Assembly (NCBI GenBank): GCA_030390025.1
Contig: CM059432.1
Coordinates: 5,456,001-5,520,000 of the forward strand
Direction: 5' to 3'
From: Squalus acanthias
Lineage: Eukaryota
Length of the DNA: 64,000 bases
Below are positions 48,112-61,716 of the stretch, piece after piece; the stretch's first letter is position 1; each line of letters begins with the position of its first letter. The translations under genes and the position numbers were made by a program. The notes beneath the pieces are model-generated. The model did not search any database and was not told where the DNA came from. It saw only the letters and a list, made by a program, of their open reading frames with translations.

Positions 48112-48164
48112 TTTTGTCATTCCCCTTTACTGTGGAATGGAGGGTTATAGATTTTACAGATGAT

Positions 48165-48622
48165 TGTTAAGAGGAGATTTGATAGAGGTGTTCAAAATCA
48201 TCCACAGTTTTGATGGAGTGAATAAGGAGAAACTATTTCCAGTGGCCGATGGGTCGGTAACCAGAGGATGTCGATTCTTCGAAAGAGCCGGCGCAGAATC
48301 GATGGACCCAATGACCTCCTTCTGTGCTGTACTATTCTATGACTCTATTTAAGGTGATTGCCAAAAGAACCAGAAGCGAGATGAGGAGAAATTTTTCGAC
48401 ACAGCGAGTTGTGGTGATCTGGAACGCGCTGCCTGAAAGTGCGGTGGAAGCAGATTCAATAGTCACTTTCAAAAGGGGAATTGGATAAATACTTGAAGGG
48501 GAAAAATTTGCAGGGCTGTGGGGAAAGAGCAGGGGGGAAGTGGGACTAATTGGAGAGCTTGTTCAAAGAGCCGGCACAGGCACGACGGGCCGAACGGCCT
48601 CCTTCTGTACTGCATCATTCTA
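48165..48622 (+). mobile_element. CR1 3' fragment
   Basis: LRGDLIEVFKII..WNALP, with an internal extra tail fragment. Confidence 0.8.
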
Positions 48623-49149
48623 CGAAAGTAGATTTGAAAGAATAAGTCCACTTCTACCATCACACCATCATATTGAGAAATTAACCATTTAGCTGACATG
48701 CAATGCTGCAAATAATTCCTTCTGTCTGTGTGCTTCACCTGTCAGATTTTAATAGAGATTCAAAATGTAAATGAGGTGCAGTAAACTGATTTTTATTTAC
48801 TTCAAGCTTTTCAAAAAAAGCACACACACACAAGTTACAGTAAAAGCAAAAAAAAAAAACCTCAACGCAGTCATAACCGCAAAAAGCCTTCAGGCTCTTG
48901 TAAACTACTAGCACTTGGTCCCAATTCACCTCTTTTAATGCCTCGATGCAAAAGGATAAGGAACAGGAAAAACCACATCCATCTTGGCTTAGAAAGTAAC
49001 ATTCTTACCAAGCAGCCATGGTCCGAGTGCGGGCAGGGCTTGGCCAGCCTTGGCTCAGTAGGAAGACTCTTGCCACTGGCTCAGAAGGTTGTGGGTTCAC
49101 AGCTCCACTCCAGGACTTGAGCACAAAATCTCGGCGACACTTCAGTCTG

Positions 49150-49880
49150 TTGTGTATTCCTGATTTTCATCGCTCCATCATTGGCAGCTGTGCCTTCAAC
49201 TGCATGGGTCCTAAGCCCATGAATTCCCTCCCTAAACCTCTCTGCCTCCTTTAAGACACACCTGAGTGTGTCAGCCGTGGCTCAGTGGGTAGCACACTCG
49301 CCTCGGAGTCAGGAGGTCGTGGGTTAAAGTCCCACTCCAAAAGACTTGAGCATATAAATCTAGGCTGACACTCCCAGTGCAGTACTGAGGGAGTGCTGCA
49401 CTGTCGGAGGTGCCGTCTTTCAGGTGAGATGTTAAACCGAGGCCCTGTCTGCTTTTTCAGATGGACGTAAAAGATCCCACAGCTCTATTTCAAAGAAAAT
49501 TAGGGGAGTTCTCCCCGGTGTCCTGGGCCAATATTTATCCCTCAACCAACATAACAAAAACAGATTATCTGGTCATTATCACATCGCTGTTTGTGGGAGC
49601 TTGCTGTGCACTAATTGGCTGCCGCGTTTCCCACATTACAACAGTGACTACACTTCAAAAGTACTTCATTGGCTGTAAAGCGCTTTGAGACGTCTGGTGG
49701 TCGTGAAAGACGCTGTAGAAATGCAAGTCTTTCTTTCTTAAAACCTACCTCTTTGGCCATCTATCCTAATATCCCATGTGGCTCGGTGTCAAATTTTGTT
49801 TGATAATCGCTCCTGTGAAGCGCCTTGGGACGTTTTACTACGTTAATGGCGCTGTATCAATACAAGTTGTTGTTGTTGAG
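49150..49880 (+). mobile_element. L2 3' end interrupted by a Deu-type SINE (49272-49738)
   Basis: The L2 sequence resumes at cttaaaacctacctcttt after the SINE tail. Confidence 0.8.
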
Positions 49881-51525
49881 ATGAAAGCACTGATCAATGC
49901 ATCAATCATCCATGCGTGTGGGCAACATGTTGGCCCCGTGCTGTAAGAGGATCGGTTCGCTGGTCTAGAAGGAGGCAAAAGCAGGAAGTTGGTGGTTGTG
50001 GTGACCTTGCCTGTCAGGGGCAGGAGCATTCCTACAGCACCCGTTTGGGAATAGGTCTCCCTCTAGCAATGGCTCAACAGCAGAAAGGGTCGGTAACCAG
50101 ACGACACAGATTTAGGTAATTGACAAAAGAGCCAGAGGCGACACGAGGGGGAAAAAAATTACGCAGCGAGCCGTTATGATCTGGAACGCACTGAAGGGCG
50201 GCGGAAGCAGATTCAATAATAACTATCAAAGGGGAATTGGATAAATACTTGTTAAAAAAAGAAAGACCTACATTTCTATAGCGCCTTTCACGACCTCAGG
50301 ACATCCCAAAGCGCTTCACAGCCAATGAAGTACTGTTTGAAGTGTAGTCACTGTGGTAATGTAGGAAACTAGGCAGCCAATTTGCGCACAGCAAGCTCCC
50401 ACAAACAGCAACAAAGGAAAAATTTGTAGGGCCACGGGGAAAGAGCGGGGGGAGTGGGACGAATTGGATAGTTGTTTCAAAGAGCCGGCACAGGCACAAT
50501 GGGCCGAGTGGCCTCCTTCTGTGCTGTGTCATTCTATGATTCTAACTATTAAACCAGTCTGCAGCCCTTGTCCTTTGGCTTTGCCAGGTATGTGTGCCTG
50601 GACCTGCAGATACGTTTGATAGCATTATGGTACGTGCAGATAGTCTCGCTCTGGTGCCTGCTCATCTCATTGGAATGCCTTCCTTGATCTGGTATCACTT
50701 TTTAGTCACGACAAATTCTATTAGTGGCAGTTTAATACCATCACCCATTGCTAAGTTTAACTTGTATTGGTTACAACAGAGCTATGGGGAAAGAGCAGGG
50801 GGAGTGCGACCAATGGGAGAGCTCTTTCAAAGAGCCGGCTCGGGTGCGATGGGCCGAATGGCCTCCTTCTGTGCTGCAAGATTCTCTGAACAGGACTTTG
50901 CAGCTTACAATTAGAAGCCTTGTTACTGCCAGAGCTCCTGTGAATGTTTTTATTTTAATTGCCTTTTCTTGGTACACTGCTGAACTCTTGTAAATTCTTG
51001 AATTACAGTCAGCTTTCTGACGATTTTGCATTAAATAGTCCGCCCACACTGTTTCAACAACAAGAACAAATTGCATTTATATAGCGCCTTTGACGTAGTA
51101 AAGCGTCCCAAGGCGCTTCACAGGAGCGATTGTCAGACAGATTTTGACACCGAGCCACATAAGGAGATATTAGGACAGGTGACAAAGAGGTAGGATTTAA
51201 AGGAGCGTAGTGATGGGTTCAGGTCTGGAGCAGCAGCCAAAACGCACACGCTATCTACCACAATTCTCTGCCCCAGAGGGCTGTGGATGCTGACTCATTG
51301 AGTATATTCAAGGCTGAGATCGATAGATTTTTGGACTCTAGAAAAATCAAGGGATATGGGGATCGGGCAGGACAGTGAAGTTGAGGTCAAAGATCAGCCA
51401 TGATCTTATTGAATGGCGGAGCAGGCTCGAGGGGCCGAATGGCCGACTCCTGCTCCTAATTCTTATGTTCTTATGAATGGACACAGGGAAGCTCAAGTTA
51501 CATAGGCCTGGTTACATCGCAAGAC

Positions 51526-53225
51526 TGACCACTGGCTTTGCTTCTTTGACACTGTTAGAAAACTGTGTGGTGCTTAAACAAGTTAAATTGCCAGAAGTTA
51601 TTTTGTAACTTTTGCTCACTAGCTATGAAGAGTTGCACAGCAAAGGAGCTCCTCAGAGAGCTGCCAGCCCAGGAACCATCTTGTACTGTTTTCACCATCA
51701 ATGTGTACTGAAAAAAAATTCCCAAAATAATTTTTTAAAAACACAAAAAAAAACTTTGAGAAAAAAAAAACAAATGGTTTTTTAAAAATGTACTGAAAAC
51801 ATACTAGAACAATTCAAAAATGACACAAAAAAGTGTTTCTGCCCCTTCTAGCTTTGTTGCAAATGGAACTTCCCTTTTCGCTCACTCCAGGTGGGTGAGA
51901 AGAATACACACAAGACCTGCTCTAAACAGATGGATAATCCCACTGTGCATTCATTACAACAACAACTTGCATTTCTCTAGCACCTTTAATGTAGTAAAAC
52001 GTCCCAAGATGCTTCACAGGAGCGATTATCAGACAACATTTGACACCGAGCCACATACGGAGAAATTAGGGCAGGTGACCAAAAGCTTGGTCAAAGAGGG
52101 AGGTTTTAAGGAGCGTCTTAAAGGAGGAGAGAGAGGTAGAGAGGTTTAGGGAGCGAATTCCAGAGCTTAGGGCCCAGGCAGCTGAAGGCACGGCCGCCAA
52201 TGGTGGAGCGATTAAAATCAGGGATGCGCAAAAGGCCAGAATTGGAGGAGCGCAGAGATCTCGGAGGGTTGTAGGGCTGGAGGAGATGACAGAGAGATTA
52301 CATACATGACAATAGATTTAACTATTTAAATGAAGCTCTCGCCCATTTCTTGCAATAACACTTTGGGTTGGCCTAAAAAGCTGATTGGAAAATGATGCGT
52401 TTTTAAAAAATGTATTCATTCCTGGGATGTGGGCGTCGCTGGCAAGGCCAGCATTTATTGCCCATCCCTAATTGCCCTCGAGAAGGTGGTGGTGAGCCGC
52501 CTTCTTGAACCGCTGCAGTCCGTGTGGTGAAGGTGCTCAAGGCTTCTTGAGTGTTGTTGGAGCTGCACTCATCCAGGCAAGTGGAGAGTATTCCATCACA
52601 CTCCTGACTTGTGCCTTGTAGATGGTGGAAAGGCTTTGGGGAGTCAGGAGGTGAGTCACTCGCCGCAGAATACCCAGCCTCTGATCTGCTCTTGTAGCCA
52701 CAGTATTTATGTGGCTAGTCCAGTTAAGTTTCTGGTCAATGATGACCCCCAGGTTCAATCTGGGGGTAAACCATTGCACATATGGGCAGATATCCAGTGA
52801 TGTGGATTTCCCAAACCCTCTCATTCTTTCAGCAGATGTCAAAGACGAAGCAAAATGGAAAATATACCCCATATTGCGTGTGTTTGAATCAGGAGGTTGA
52901 GGTTAACAGTAGACCAGCAACCTACTTTCCATTCAGAATTCCTGCAATATATTATCAGATCCAGTGAGTTGTGCCAAGTGAATCAACTTTTAAAAGTTAA
53001 AATTTTGGAGTGGAAATGAAATATTTGGCAAATAATATTTCTTCCTCTAAGTTATATCAATACAAGACATACTGGAAGCATTGTGCCGAGGTTTCTCCAG
53101 AGATTAAATGGAAAATTAATTATATGACAACTTGCCTGGCTTCTTTGACACTGTTAGAAAATTGTGCGGTGCTTAAACAAGTTAAATTGTCAAATGTTAT
53201 TTTTGTAACTTTTGTCCAACAGCTA
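51526..53225 (+). repeat. Diverged ~100-bp direct repeat pair (51526-51625 and 53125-53225)
   Basis: Shared gcttctttgacactgttagaaaa.tgtg.ggtgcttaaacaagttaaattg..gttatttt.gtaacttttg. Confidence 0.85.
51956..52752 (-). mobile_element. L2 3' end (~51956-52297) and CR1/L2-group LINE fragment (~52400-52752)
   Basis: Reverse complements of families seen at 3850 and 708; LGILRRVTHLLTPQSLSTIYKAQVRSVMEY. Confidence 0.8.
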
Positions 53226-53319
53226 CTGTATTATAGTGTTCATAGCATGAGCAGCAAGTACCTGCACTCTGGCTCACTCGATGATAGCTGTGCAGACATG
53301 ATGGGTGTTAGCCGTGATA

Positions 53320-53755
53320 TTGGTATTGATGGTAGCGCTCTCACTTCTGAATCAGACGATTGTGGGTTCAAATCTCACTCCATGGACTTGAGTACAAAAT
53401 CTAGGCTGACACTCCCAGTGCAGTACCGAGGGAGTGCCGCACTGTCGGAGGTGCCGTCTTTCGGATGAGACGTTAAACCGAGGCCCTGTCTGCTCTCTCA
53501 GGTGGACGTAAAAGAGCAGGGGAGTTATCCCCGGTGACCTGGCCAATATTTATCCCTGAATCAACATCACTCAAAAACAGATTCACTGGTCATTATCACA
53601 TTGCTGTTTGTGGGAGCTTGCTGTGCGCAAATTGGCTGCCGCGTTTCCTGCATTACAACAGCGACTACACTTCAAAAAGTACTTCATTGGCTGTAGAGCG
53701 CTTTGGGACGTCCTGAGGTCGTGAAAGGCGCTATAGAAATACACGTTCTTTCTTT
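53320..53755 (+). mobile_element. Deu-type SINE (family A)
   Basis: B box ggttcaaatct, central domain and tail. Confidence 0.8.
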
Positions 53756-54059
53756 CCGGATCCTGCACACCCCCTGTGAAGTGCCTTTGGACATTTGATG
53801 AAGTGAAAGGTGCCATTAAAAGTCAGAATGGAGTATCGATTGGCCTCCAGTTGGCATTTTAGAACTGAGATATAATTTAGAAATATTTCCCGGTGTAGTG
53901 GAACTTGCTGAACAGGAGGTCTGGTAGTGTATGAGGGAACTTGTCTGAGGTAACATCCCCTTGCTGGATGGGGAGGGTAGAATGGACAACCAGGCATGGA
54001 AATTAGCTCATCACAAAGTCCTTCCAATTTATCAGTGATTATTTTCTCCTTCTTTACTC

Positions 54060-55315
54060 TATATATTGGCCTTGGAGGGAGTGCAGCGTAAGTTTACCAG
54101 AATGATACCCGGACTCCAAGGGTTAAATTACGAGGAGCGATTACACAAACTAGGGTTGTATAAAATTCCCTAGAAGTTAGAAGGTTAAGGGGTAATTTGA
54201 TCAAAGTTTTCAAGATATCATTGAAACATATAAGATAGTGAGGGGGATTGACAGGGTCGATGCCGAGAGGTTGTTTCCCCTCGCTGGAGAGTCTAGAACT
54301 AGGGGGGCATAGACTCAGGATAAGGGGTCGGCCATTTAAGACCGAGATGAGGAGGAATTTCTTCACTCAGAGGGTTGTGAATATTTGGAATTCTCTGCCC
54401 CAGAGGGCTGTGGATGCTGAGTCGTTGAGTATATTCAAGGCTGAGATCGATAGATTTTTGGACTCTAGGGGAATCGAGGGATGTGGAGATCGGGCGGGAA
54501 AGTGGAGTTGAGGTCGAAGATCAGCCATGATCTTATTGAATGGCGGAGCAGGCTCGAGGGGCCGTATGGCCTACTCCTGCTCCTATTTCTTATGTTCTTA
54601 TGTTCTTATTAAGGGGAACAGATAGGGTAGAGAGAGAGAAACTACTTCCACTGGTTGGGGAGTCTAGGACTAGGGGGCATGGTCTAAAAATTAGAGACAG
54701 ACCTTTCAGGAGTGAAGTTAGGAAACACTTCTACACACAAAGGGTGGCAGAAGTTTGGGACTCTCCTCCTCAAACGGCAATTGATCAATTGTTAATTTTA
54801 AATCTGAGATTGATAGATTTTTGTCAACCAAAGGTATTAAGGGATATGGGCAAAGGTGGGGAAATGGAGTTAGGTCGCAGATCAGCCACGATCTCACTGA
54901 ATGGTGGAGCAGGCTCGAGGGGCTGAATGGCCGACTCCTGTTGCTATTTTCCTGTTCCCATCAAAACCCTTCAAAATTATGAAGGGTTTTGATAGAGTAA
55001 ATAAGGAAAGTGTTTCCACTGGCAGGGGGTTCGGTAACCAGAGGACACAGATTTAAGGTAATTGGCCAAAGAATCAGAGGGGGAGATGAGGAGAATAATT
55101 TTTTAAGCAGCGAGTTGTTGTGATCTGGAACGCACTGCCTGAAAGGGCAGTGGAAGCAGATTCAATAGTAACTTTCAAACAGGGAATTGGATAAATACTT
55201 GAAAAGGAAAAATTTGCAGGGCTGTGGGGAAAGGGTCGGGGAGACGGTAGCTCTATCAGAGAGCCGGCACAGACACGGAGAGCCGAACAGCCTCCTTCTG
55301 TGCTGTAAGATTCTA
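54060..55315 (+). mobile_element. Three stacked or nested CR1 3' fragments
   Basis: Repeated CR1 C-terminal peptides with different microsatellite tails. Confidence 0.8.
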
Positions 55316-55589
55316 GGAAAATTAGGAGAGTCGCAATTTGGCTCCCAGGTAGCCCCTACCCAACTCTCCAATCTGATCTCCCCTCAAGCAAGAGTCTGCA
55401 CTGGGCGTGCTGGCTCGGGGAACTTGTATGCGCCTTCTCAGGGCAGTGCAAACCGTGGGGGCAATTCCCATCAGCAACCCCCAGTGGATCCAAAACCCCA
55501 TAACCGACCACCGCTGGTCAGTCCTGGCAGGCTGAGCTCTCGGCCTAACGCACTTTATCTCTGCACCACTGGTCCCTGTGGATCTTCTG

Positions 55590-56310
55590 TCGTATCTGAC
55601 CCCGCGCTGAGCTTCCGAACACATATCCGCGCCATCGCCAAGACCGCCTCCTTCCACCTCCGTAACATCGTCCGACTCCGCCCCTGCCTCAGCTCATCTG
55701 CTGCTGAAACCCTCATCCCTGCCTTCGTTACCTCCAGACTTGACTATTCCAACGCACTCCTGGTCGACCTCCTGTGTTGCACTCTCCATAAACTTGAGCT
55801 CATCAAAAACTCTGCTGCCCGTGTCCAAACTCTGCTGCCCGTGTCCTAACTCGCACCAAGTCCCATTCGCCCATCTCCCCTGTGCTCGCTGACCTACATT
55901 GGCTCCCGGTTAAGCAACGCCTCGATTTCAAAATTCTCATCCTGGTTTTCAAATCTCTCCATGGCCTCGCCCCTCACTAATCTCCTCCTGCCCCACAACC
56001 CCCCGAGATCTCTGCACTCCTCTAATTCTGGCCTCTTGCGCATCCCCGATTTTAATCGCTCCACCACTGGTGGCCGTGTCTTCAGCTGCCAAGGCCCTGA
56101 GCTCGGGAATTCCCTCCCTAAATCTCTCCGCCTCTCTTTCCTCCTTTAAGACTTAAAACCTACCTCTTTGACCAAGCTTTTGGTCATCTGCCCTAATTTC
56201 TCCTTATGTGTCTCGGTGTCAAATTTTGTTTGATAATCGCTCCTGTGAAGCGCCTTGGGACATTTTACTGAGTTAAAGGCGCTATAGAAATGCAAGATGT
56301 TGTTGTTGTT
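55590..56310 (+). mobile_element. L2 LINE 3' fragment
   Basis: LSFRTHI..FHLRNIVRLRP.L...AETLIPAFVTSRLDYSNALL, with a (ttg)n tail. Confidence 0.9.
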
Positions 56311-56423
56311 CGTCATCAGCGAAGTCGAGGTGGGTGCCGATTGATCTGCAAAAATCCGTGCGTCCGCACAGTCAGAGGGTTCCCAAGAGGATCCCGTCCC
56401 CCTGCAAAACCAAATCTCTGACT

Positions 56424-56890
56424 GGGGAGTGCTGTTAGGGAGGGCGTTCCAGGATTTTGACCCAGCGACGATGAAGGAACGGCCGATATATTTCCAAGCC
56501 AGGATGGTGTGTGACTTGGAGGGGAACTTGGAGGTGGTGGTGTTCCCATACGCCTGCTGCCCTTGTCCTTCTAGGTGGAAGAGGTCGCAGGTTTGGGAGT
56601 TGCTGCCGAAGAAACCTTGGCGAGTTGCTGCAGTGCATCTTGTAGATGGTACACACTGCAGCCACGGTGCGCCGGTGGTGGAGGGAGTGAATGTTTAAGG
56701 TGGTGGATGGGGTGCCAATCAAGCGGGCTGCTTTGTCCTGGATGATGTCGAGCTTCTTGAGTGTTGTTGGAGCTGCACTCATCCAGGCAAGTGGAGAGTA
56801 TCCCATCACACTCCTGACTTGTGCCTTGTAGATGGTGGAAAGGCTTTGGGGAGTCAGGAGGTGAGACACTCGCCATAGAATACCCAGTCT
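56424..56890 (-). mobile_element. CR1/L2-group LINE fragment
   Basis: LGILWRVSHLL..KLDIIQDKAARLIG..HSLHHRRTVAAVCTIYKMHC. Confidence 0.85.
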
Positions 56891-57365
56891 GCAGCAGGTG
56901 ACTGTCGCTCGGTGACAATCTCCTTGGTGAAGGGCAGGAACCTCACACATTGCTCCTCAGTGATGTTGAGGTAGGAGAAATGCTCCCCCGAGACCCGCTG
57001 TGGGTCTGGCCTCCTGCACAGTGCCCTCCGCCTCCTCCCTCTCCTCCCAGCTGCTCCTGCTCTCTCCTGTCTTCTTGTCTGCTCCTCCCTTTGTCCTCCA
57101 GACCCAAAGGAAGCCCTACCGGACAACCCATGGCGGCACTGAAACTGCTTTGAAGGCAGACAAAAGCAGTCCGGCACCGGCAAAGAGTTGTTAGCTGAAA
57201 TCAATTGTGGAAGGCAGAAAAATAGGCTGAAACAATGGCCAGAGTTCAACCAGCAGCCCGAAAGGACGAGCCAGCAACTAACCTGCGTATAGCGGAGGAG
57301 CCCTTTAAATATCGCGGCTGGAGGGTCTCTGCTGCCTCTTAGCGCCACGAGTAGCTGAGCGAGTT
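56890..57365 (-). pseudogene. 5' part of a Harbinger (HARBI1-like) transposase gene, degenerate
   Basis: RRRRALCRRPDPQRVSGEHFSYLNITEEQCVRFLPFTKEIVTE resembles, from memory, the N-terminal region of Harbinger DDE nucleases. No catalytic domain is present. Confidence 0.6.
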
Positions 57366-58386
57366 TATCATGGGCAAGAGATACAGGGGGGATGTGAGGA
57401 AATACTTTTTTACGCAGCGAGTGGGGAGGACCTGGAACTCGCTGCCGATGGAAGTGGTGGAAGTGGAGACACTCGATGTTTTCAAGGGGAGACTGGAGAG
57501 GCACTTGAGGGAAATAAACTTGCAGGGCTACAGGGATAGAGCGGGAGGAATGGGACTGACTGGATTGATCTACAGAGAGCCGGCACAGACTCGATGGGCC
57601 GGATGACCTCCTTCTGTGCCGTTATGACTATGTGCCGAGTCAAGACCAATATCACAAAAGCATCCTACAGCAAGAGGATAAAATATTTTAATGAAGCTTT
57701 TTAATTTTCCAACTCACGCCCTGGACTTACGATCCAATATGGCGGGTGGTGCACTTTTGGCGTGGATTGAATGCTTGCGCGCGCGCGCCTCCCACCAGTT
57801 TGGATCTTGCGCCACCCGTTTTACGTCTGGATCGGATTGCTAGACCGCAAGTGGTAATGAATTAGCATCATTCGATTGGCTGGGTAAATGCAATGATGTG
57901 TGTTTAAATGGGTGGCAGAATGAGGTTAAATACTGCAAATATAATTGGGTTGACATCTCTGTTAAAATAGCAGAGGTTGGAATTTGATACACGTGCTTTA
58001 AGCATTCGTACAAATAACATCAGCAATTTCCATCCTTGGACTTTAAGGATGACAACTATTGGAAAGAATTAGGTCACCAGCCTATTAGGAGGAAGTAGTT
58101 TAGCCAATCAGATATATCCATCTCCTTTATGAATTAGTATTTGGGCAGCTAATTTTATCCGCAGATTTTTTATGTAACAGGTTTTAACATCGTGTGTACA
58201 TGATACAACAACAACTTGAAATTATACAGCGCCTTTAACTTAATAAATCATCCCTAGGCGCTTCATAGGAGCGTTATCAGACAAGATTTGACACCGAGCC
58301 ACATAAGGAGAAATTAGTGCAGATGACTAAATGCTCGTTCAAAGAGGTAGGGCATTCTGGAGGGGGAGGGTGAACAGCCAGTTGTC

Positions 58387-58731
58387 GTGGTGCATATAGG
58401 TACCAACGATATAGGTAAAAAACGGGATGAGGTCCTAAAAGCTGAATATAGGGAGTTAGGGGGTAAATTAAAAAATAGGACCACAAAGGTAGTAATCTCA
58501 GGATTTCTACCAGTACCACGTGCTGGTCAGAGTAGAAATAGAAGGATATTTCAGATGAATACGTGGCTAGAGGAATGGTGCAAGGGGGAGGGATTCAAAT
58601 TCCTGGGACATTGGAACCGGTTCTGGGGGAGGTGGGACCAGTACAAACTGGACGGTTTGCACCTGGGCAGGACCGGGACCGATGTCTTAGGGGGAGTGTT
58701 TGCTAGTGCTGTTGGGGAGGGTTTAAACTAA
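58387..58731 (+). CDS. CR1 ORF1 C-terminal SGNH/GDSL esterase domain (5'-truncated)
   Basis: VHIGTND and DGLHL motifs. Confidence 0.85.
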   Translation: MVHIGTNDIGKKRDEVLKAEYRELGGKLKNRTTKVVISGFLPVPRAGQSRNRRIFQMNTWLEEWCKGEGFKFLGHWNRFWGRWDQYKLDGLHLGRTGTDVLGGVFASAVGEGLN

Positions 58732-58916
58732 AATGGCAGGGGGTTGGAAACCTGTGCAGGGAGACAGAGGAAAGGGAAGCGAGGATAGAAACAAAAGACA
58801 GGAAGGAAAAAAGCAAAAGTGGAAGGCAGAGAAATCAAGGGTGTAAATCAAACAGGGCTACAGTAAATAATAATTCTAAAAGGACTAAGAGTGTTAAAAA
58901 AACAAGCCTGAAGGCT

Positions 58917-61716
58917 TTGTGTCTTAATGCGAGGAGCATTCGTAATAAGGTGGATGAATTAGCTGTGCAAATAGATGTAAACGGATATGATATAATTGGG
59001 GTTACGGAGACATGGCTCCAGGGTGACCAAGGCTGGGAATTCAACATCCAGGGGTATTCAATATTCAGGAAGGACAGACAAAAAGGAAAAGGAGGTAGGG
59101 TAGCATTGCTGGTTAAAGAGGAGATTAACACAATAGTAAGGAAGGATATTAGCTCTGATGATGTGGAATCTGTATGGGTAGAGCTGAGAAATACCAAGGG
59201 GCAGAAAACGTAAGTGGGAGTTGTATACAGACCCCCAAACAGTAATGCTGAGGTTGGGGATGGCATTAAACGGGAAATTAGAGACGCATGCAATAAGGGC
59301 ACAGCAGTTATCATGGGTGACTTTAATCTACATATAGATTGGGCTAACCAAATTAGTAACAATACTGTGGAGGAGGAATTCCTAGAGTGTGTACGGGATG
59401 GTTTCCTGGACCAATATGTCGAGGAACCAACTAGAGATTAGGCCATCTTAGACTGTAATTTTATGTAATGAGAAAGGATTAATTAGCAATCTTGTTGTGC
59501 GAGGCCCCTTGGGGAGGAGCGATCATAATATGATAGAATTCTTCATTAAGATGGAGAGTGAAGTAGTTGACTCAGAGACTAGGGTCCTGAATTTAAATAA
59601 AGGAAACTACGATGGTATGAGGCGCGAGTTGGCTAGGATGGATTGGGGAACGTTACTTAAAGGGTTGACGGTGGATAGGCAATAGCAAACATTTAAAGAT
59701 CGTATGGATGAACTACAGAATTTGTTCATCCCTGTTTGGCATAAAAATAAAACAAAAAAGGTGACTCAACCGTGGCTAACAAGGAAAATTAGGGATAGCA
59801 TAAGATCCAAGGAGAGGACATATAAATTGGCCAGAAGAAGCAGCAAACCTGAGGATTGGGAACAGTTTAGGATTCAGCAAAGGAGGACAAAGGGATTAAT
59901 TAAGAGGGGGAAAATAGAGTATGAGAGTAAGCTTGCAGGGAACATAAAATCTGACTGTAAAAGCTTCTATAGATATGTGAAGAGAAAAAGATTGGTGAAG
60001 TCAAGCATAGTTCCCTTGCAGTCAGAATCAGGGGAATTTATAATGGGGAACAAAGAAATGGCTGACGAATTAAATACATACTTTGGTTCTGTCTTCACAA
60101 AGGAGGACACAAATAACCTCCCAGAGGTGTTGGGGAACAGAGGGTCTAATGAGAGGGAGGAATTGAATTAAATCAGTATTTGTAGGGAAATGGTGTTAGG
60201 GAAATTGACGGGATTGAAGGCCGATAAATCCCCAAGGCCTGATAATCTACATCCTAGGGTACTTAAGGAAGTGGCCCTAGAAATAGTAGATGCATTGCTG
60301 GTCATCTTCCAAAATTCTATAGAATCTGGCACAGTTCCCATGGATTGGAGGGTAGCTAATGTAACCCCACTATTTAAAAAAGGTGGTAGAGAGAAAACGG
60401 GGAATTATAGACCGGTAAGCCTGACATCGATAGTGGGGAAAATGCTAGAGTCCATTATAAAAGATGTAATAGCAGAGCATTTGGAAAACTGTGACAGGAT
60501 CGGACAAAGTCAACATGGATTTACAAAAGGTAAATCATGCTTGACTAATCTACTGGAATTTTTTGAGGATGTAACTGGTAGAATAGATAAGGGAGAACCA
60601 GTGGATGTGGTGCATTTGGACTTTCAGAAGGCTTTTGATAAGGTCCCGCATAAGAGATTAGCGTGCAAAGTTAAATCACATGGGATTGGGGGTAAGGTAC
60701 TGACTTGGATAGAGAACTGGTTGGCAGACAGGAAGCAAAGAGTTGGAATAAACGGGTCTTTTTCCGAGTGGCAGGCAGTGACTAGTGGGGTACCGCAGGG
60801 ATCGGTGCTAGGACCCCAGCTATTCACAATATATATTAATGATCTAGTCGAGGGAACTAGATGTAATATCTCCAAGTTTGCAGACGACACAAAGCTGGGT
60901 GGGTGTGTGTGCTGTGAGGAGGATGCAGAGAAACTCCAGTATGATTTGGACAGGTTGGGTGATTGGGCAGATGCATGGCAGATGCAGTATAATGTGGATA
61001 AATGCGAGGTTATCCACTTTGGTGGCAAAAACAGGAAGACAAATTATTATCTGAACGGCAATAGATTGGGAAAAGGGGAAGTGCAACGAGACCTGGGTGT
61101 CCTTGTGTACCAGTCACTGAAGGTAAGCATGCAGGTCCAGCAGGCGGTTAAGAAGGCAAATGGTATGTTGGCCTTCATAGCGAGAGGATTCGAGTACAGG
61201 AGCAAGGATGTCTTGCTGCAGTTGTACAGGGCCTTGGTGAGACCACACCTTGAGTATTGTGTGCAGTTTTGGTTGCCTTATCTGAGGAAGGATGTTCTTG
61301 CCATGGAGGAAGTGCAGCGAAGATTCACCAGACTGATACCTGGGATGGCAGGAATGACGTATGAAGAGAGATTGGGTCGATTAGGCTTATATTCGCTGGA
61401 GTTTAGAAGAATGAGAGGGGATCTCATTGAAACTTATAAAATTCTAACAGGACTAGACAGACTAGATGCAGGAAGGATGTTCCCGATGGCGGGGGAGTCC
61501 AGAACCAGGGGTCACAGTCTAAGGATAAGGGGTAAGCCATTTAGGACTGAGATGAGGAGGAATTTCTTCACCCAGAGAGTGGTGAACCTGTGGAATTCTC
61601 TACCACAGAAGGCAGTAGAGGCCAATTCATTAAATATATTCAAGAAGGAGTTAGATATATTTCTTAAGGCTAAAGGGATCAAGGGATATGGGGAGAAAGC
61701 AGGGACAGGGTACTGA
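58917..61716 (+). pseudogene. CR1 ORF2 (APE endonuclease + RT) with premature stops; RT half open at 60190-61716
   Basis: CLNARSIRNK, GVTETWL, MGDFN, SDHN, NYRPVSLTS, DFQKAFDKV, GVPQGSVLGP and FADDTK. Stops end at 59213, 59441, 59685 and 60171. Confidence 0.93.

Noticed and set aside
52833..52963. Possible + strand exon (ttctttcAG ... CCA|gtgagt)
   Set aside because: The peptide is unrecognised, there are no partner exons, and it does not resemble the expected neighbour MATN2. It is compatible with chance.
53010..53468. 152-aa ORF
   Set aside because: It starts at a non-ATG codon, runs into a SINE, and has no recognisable domain.
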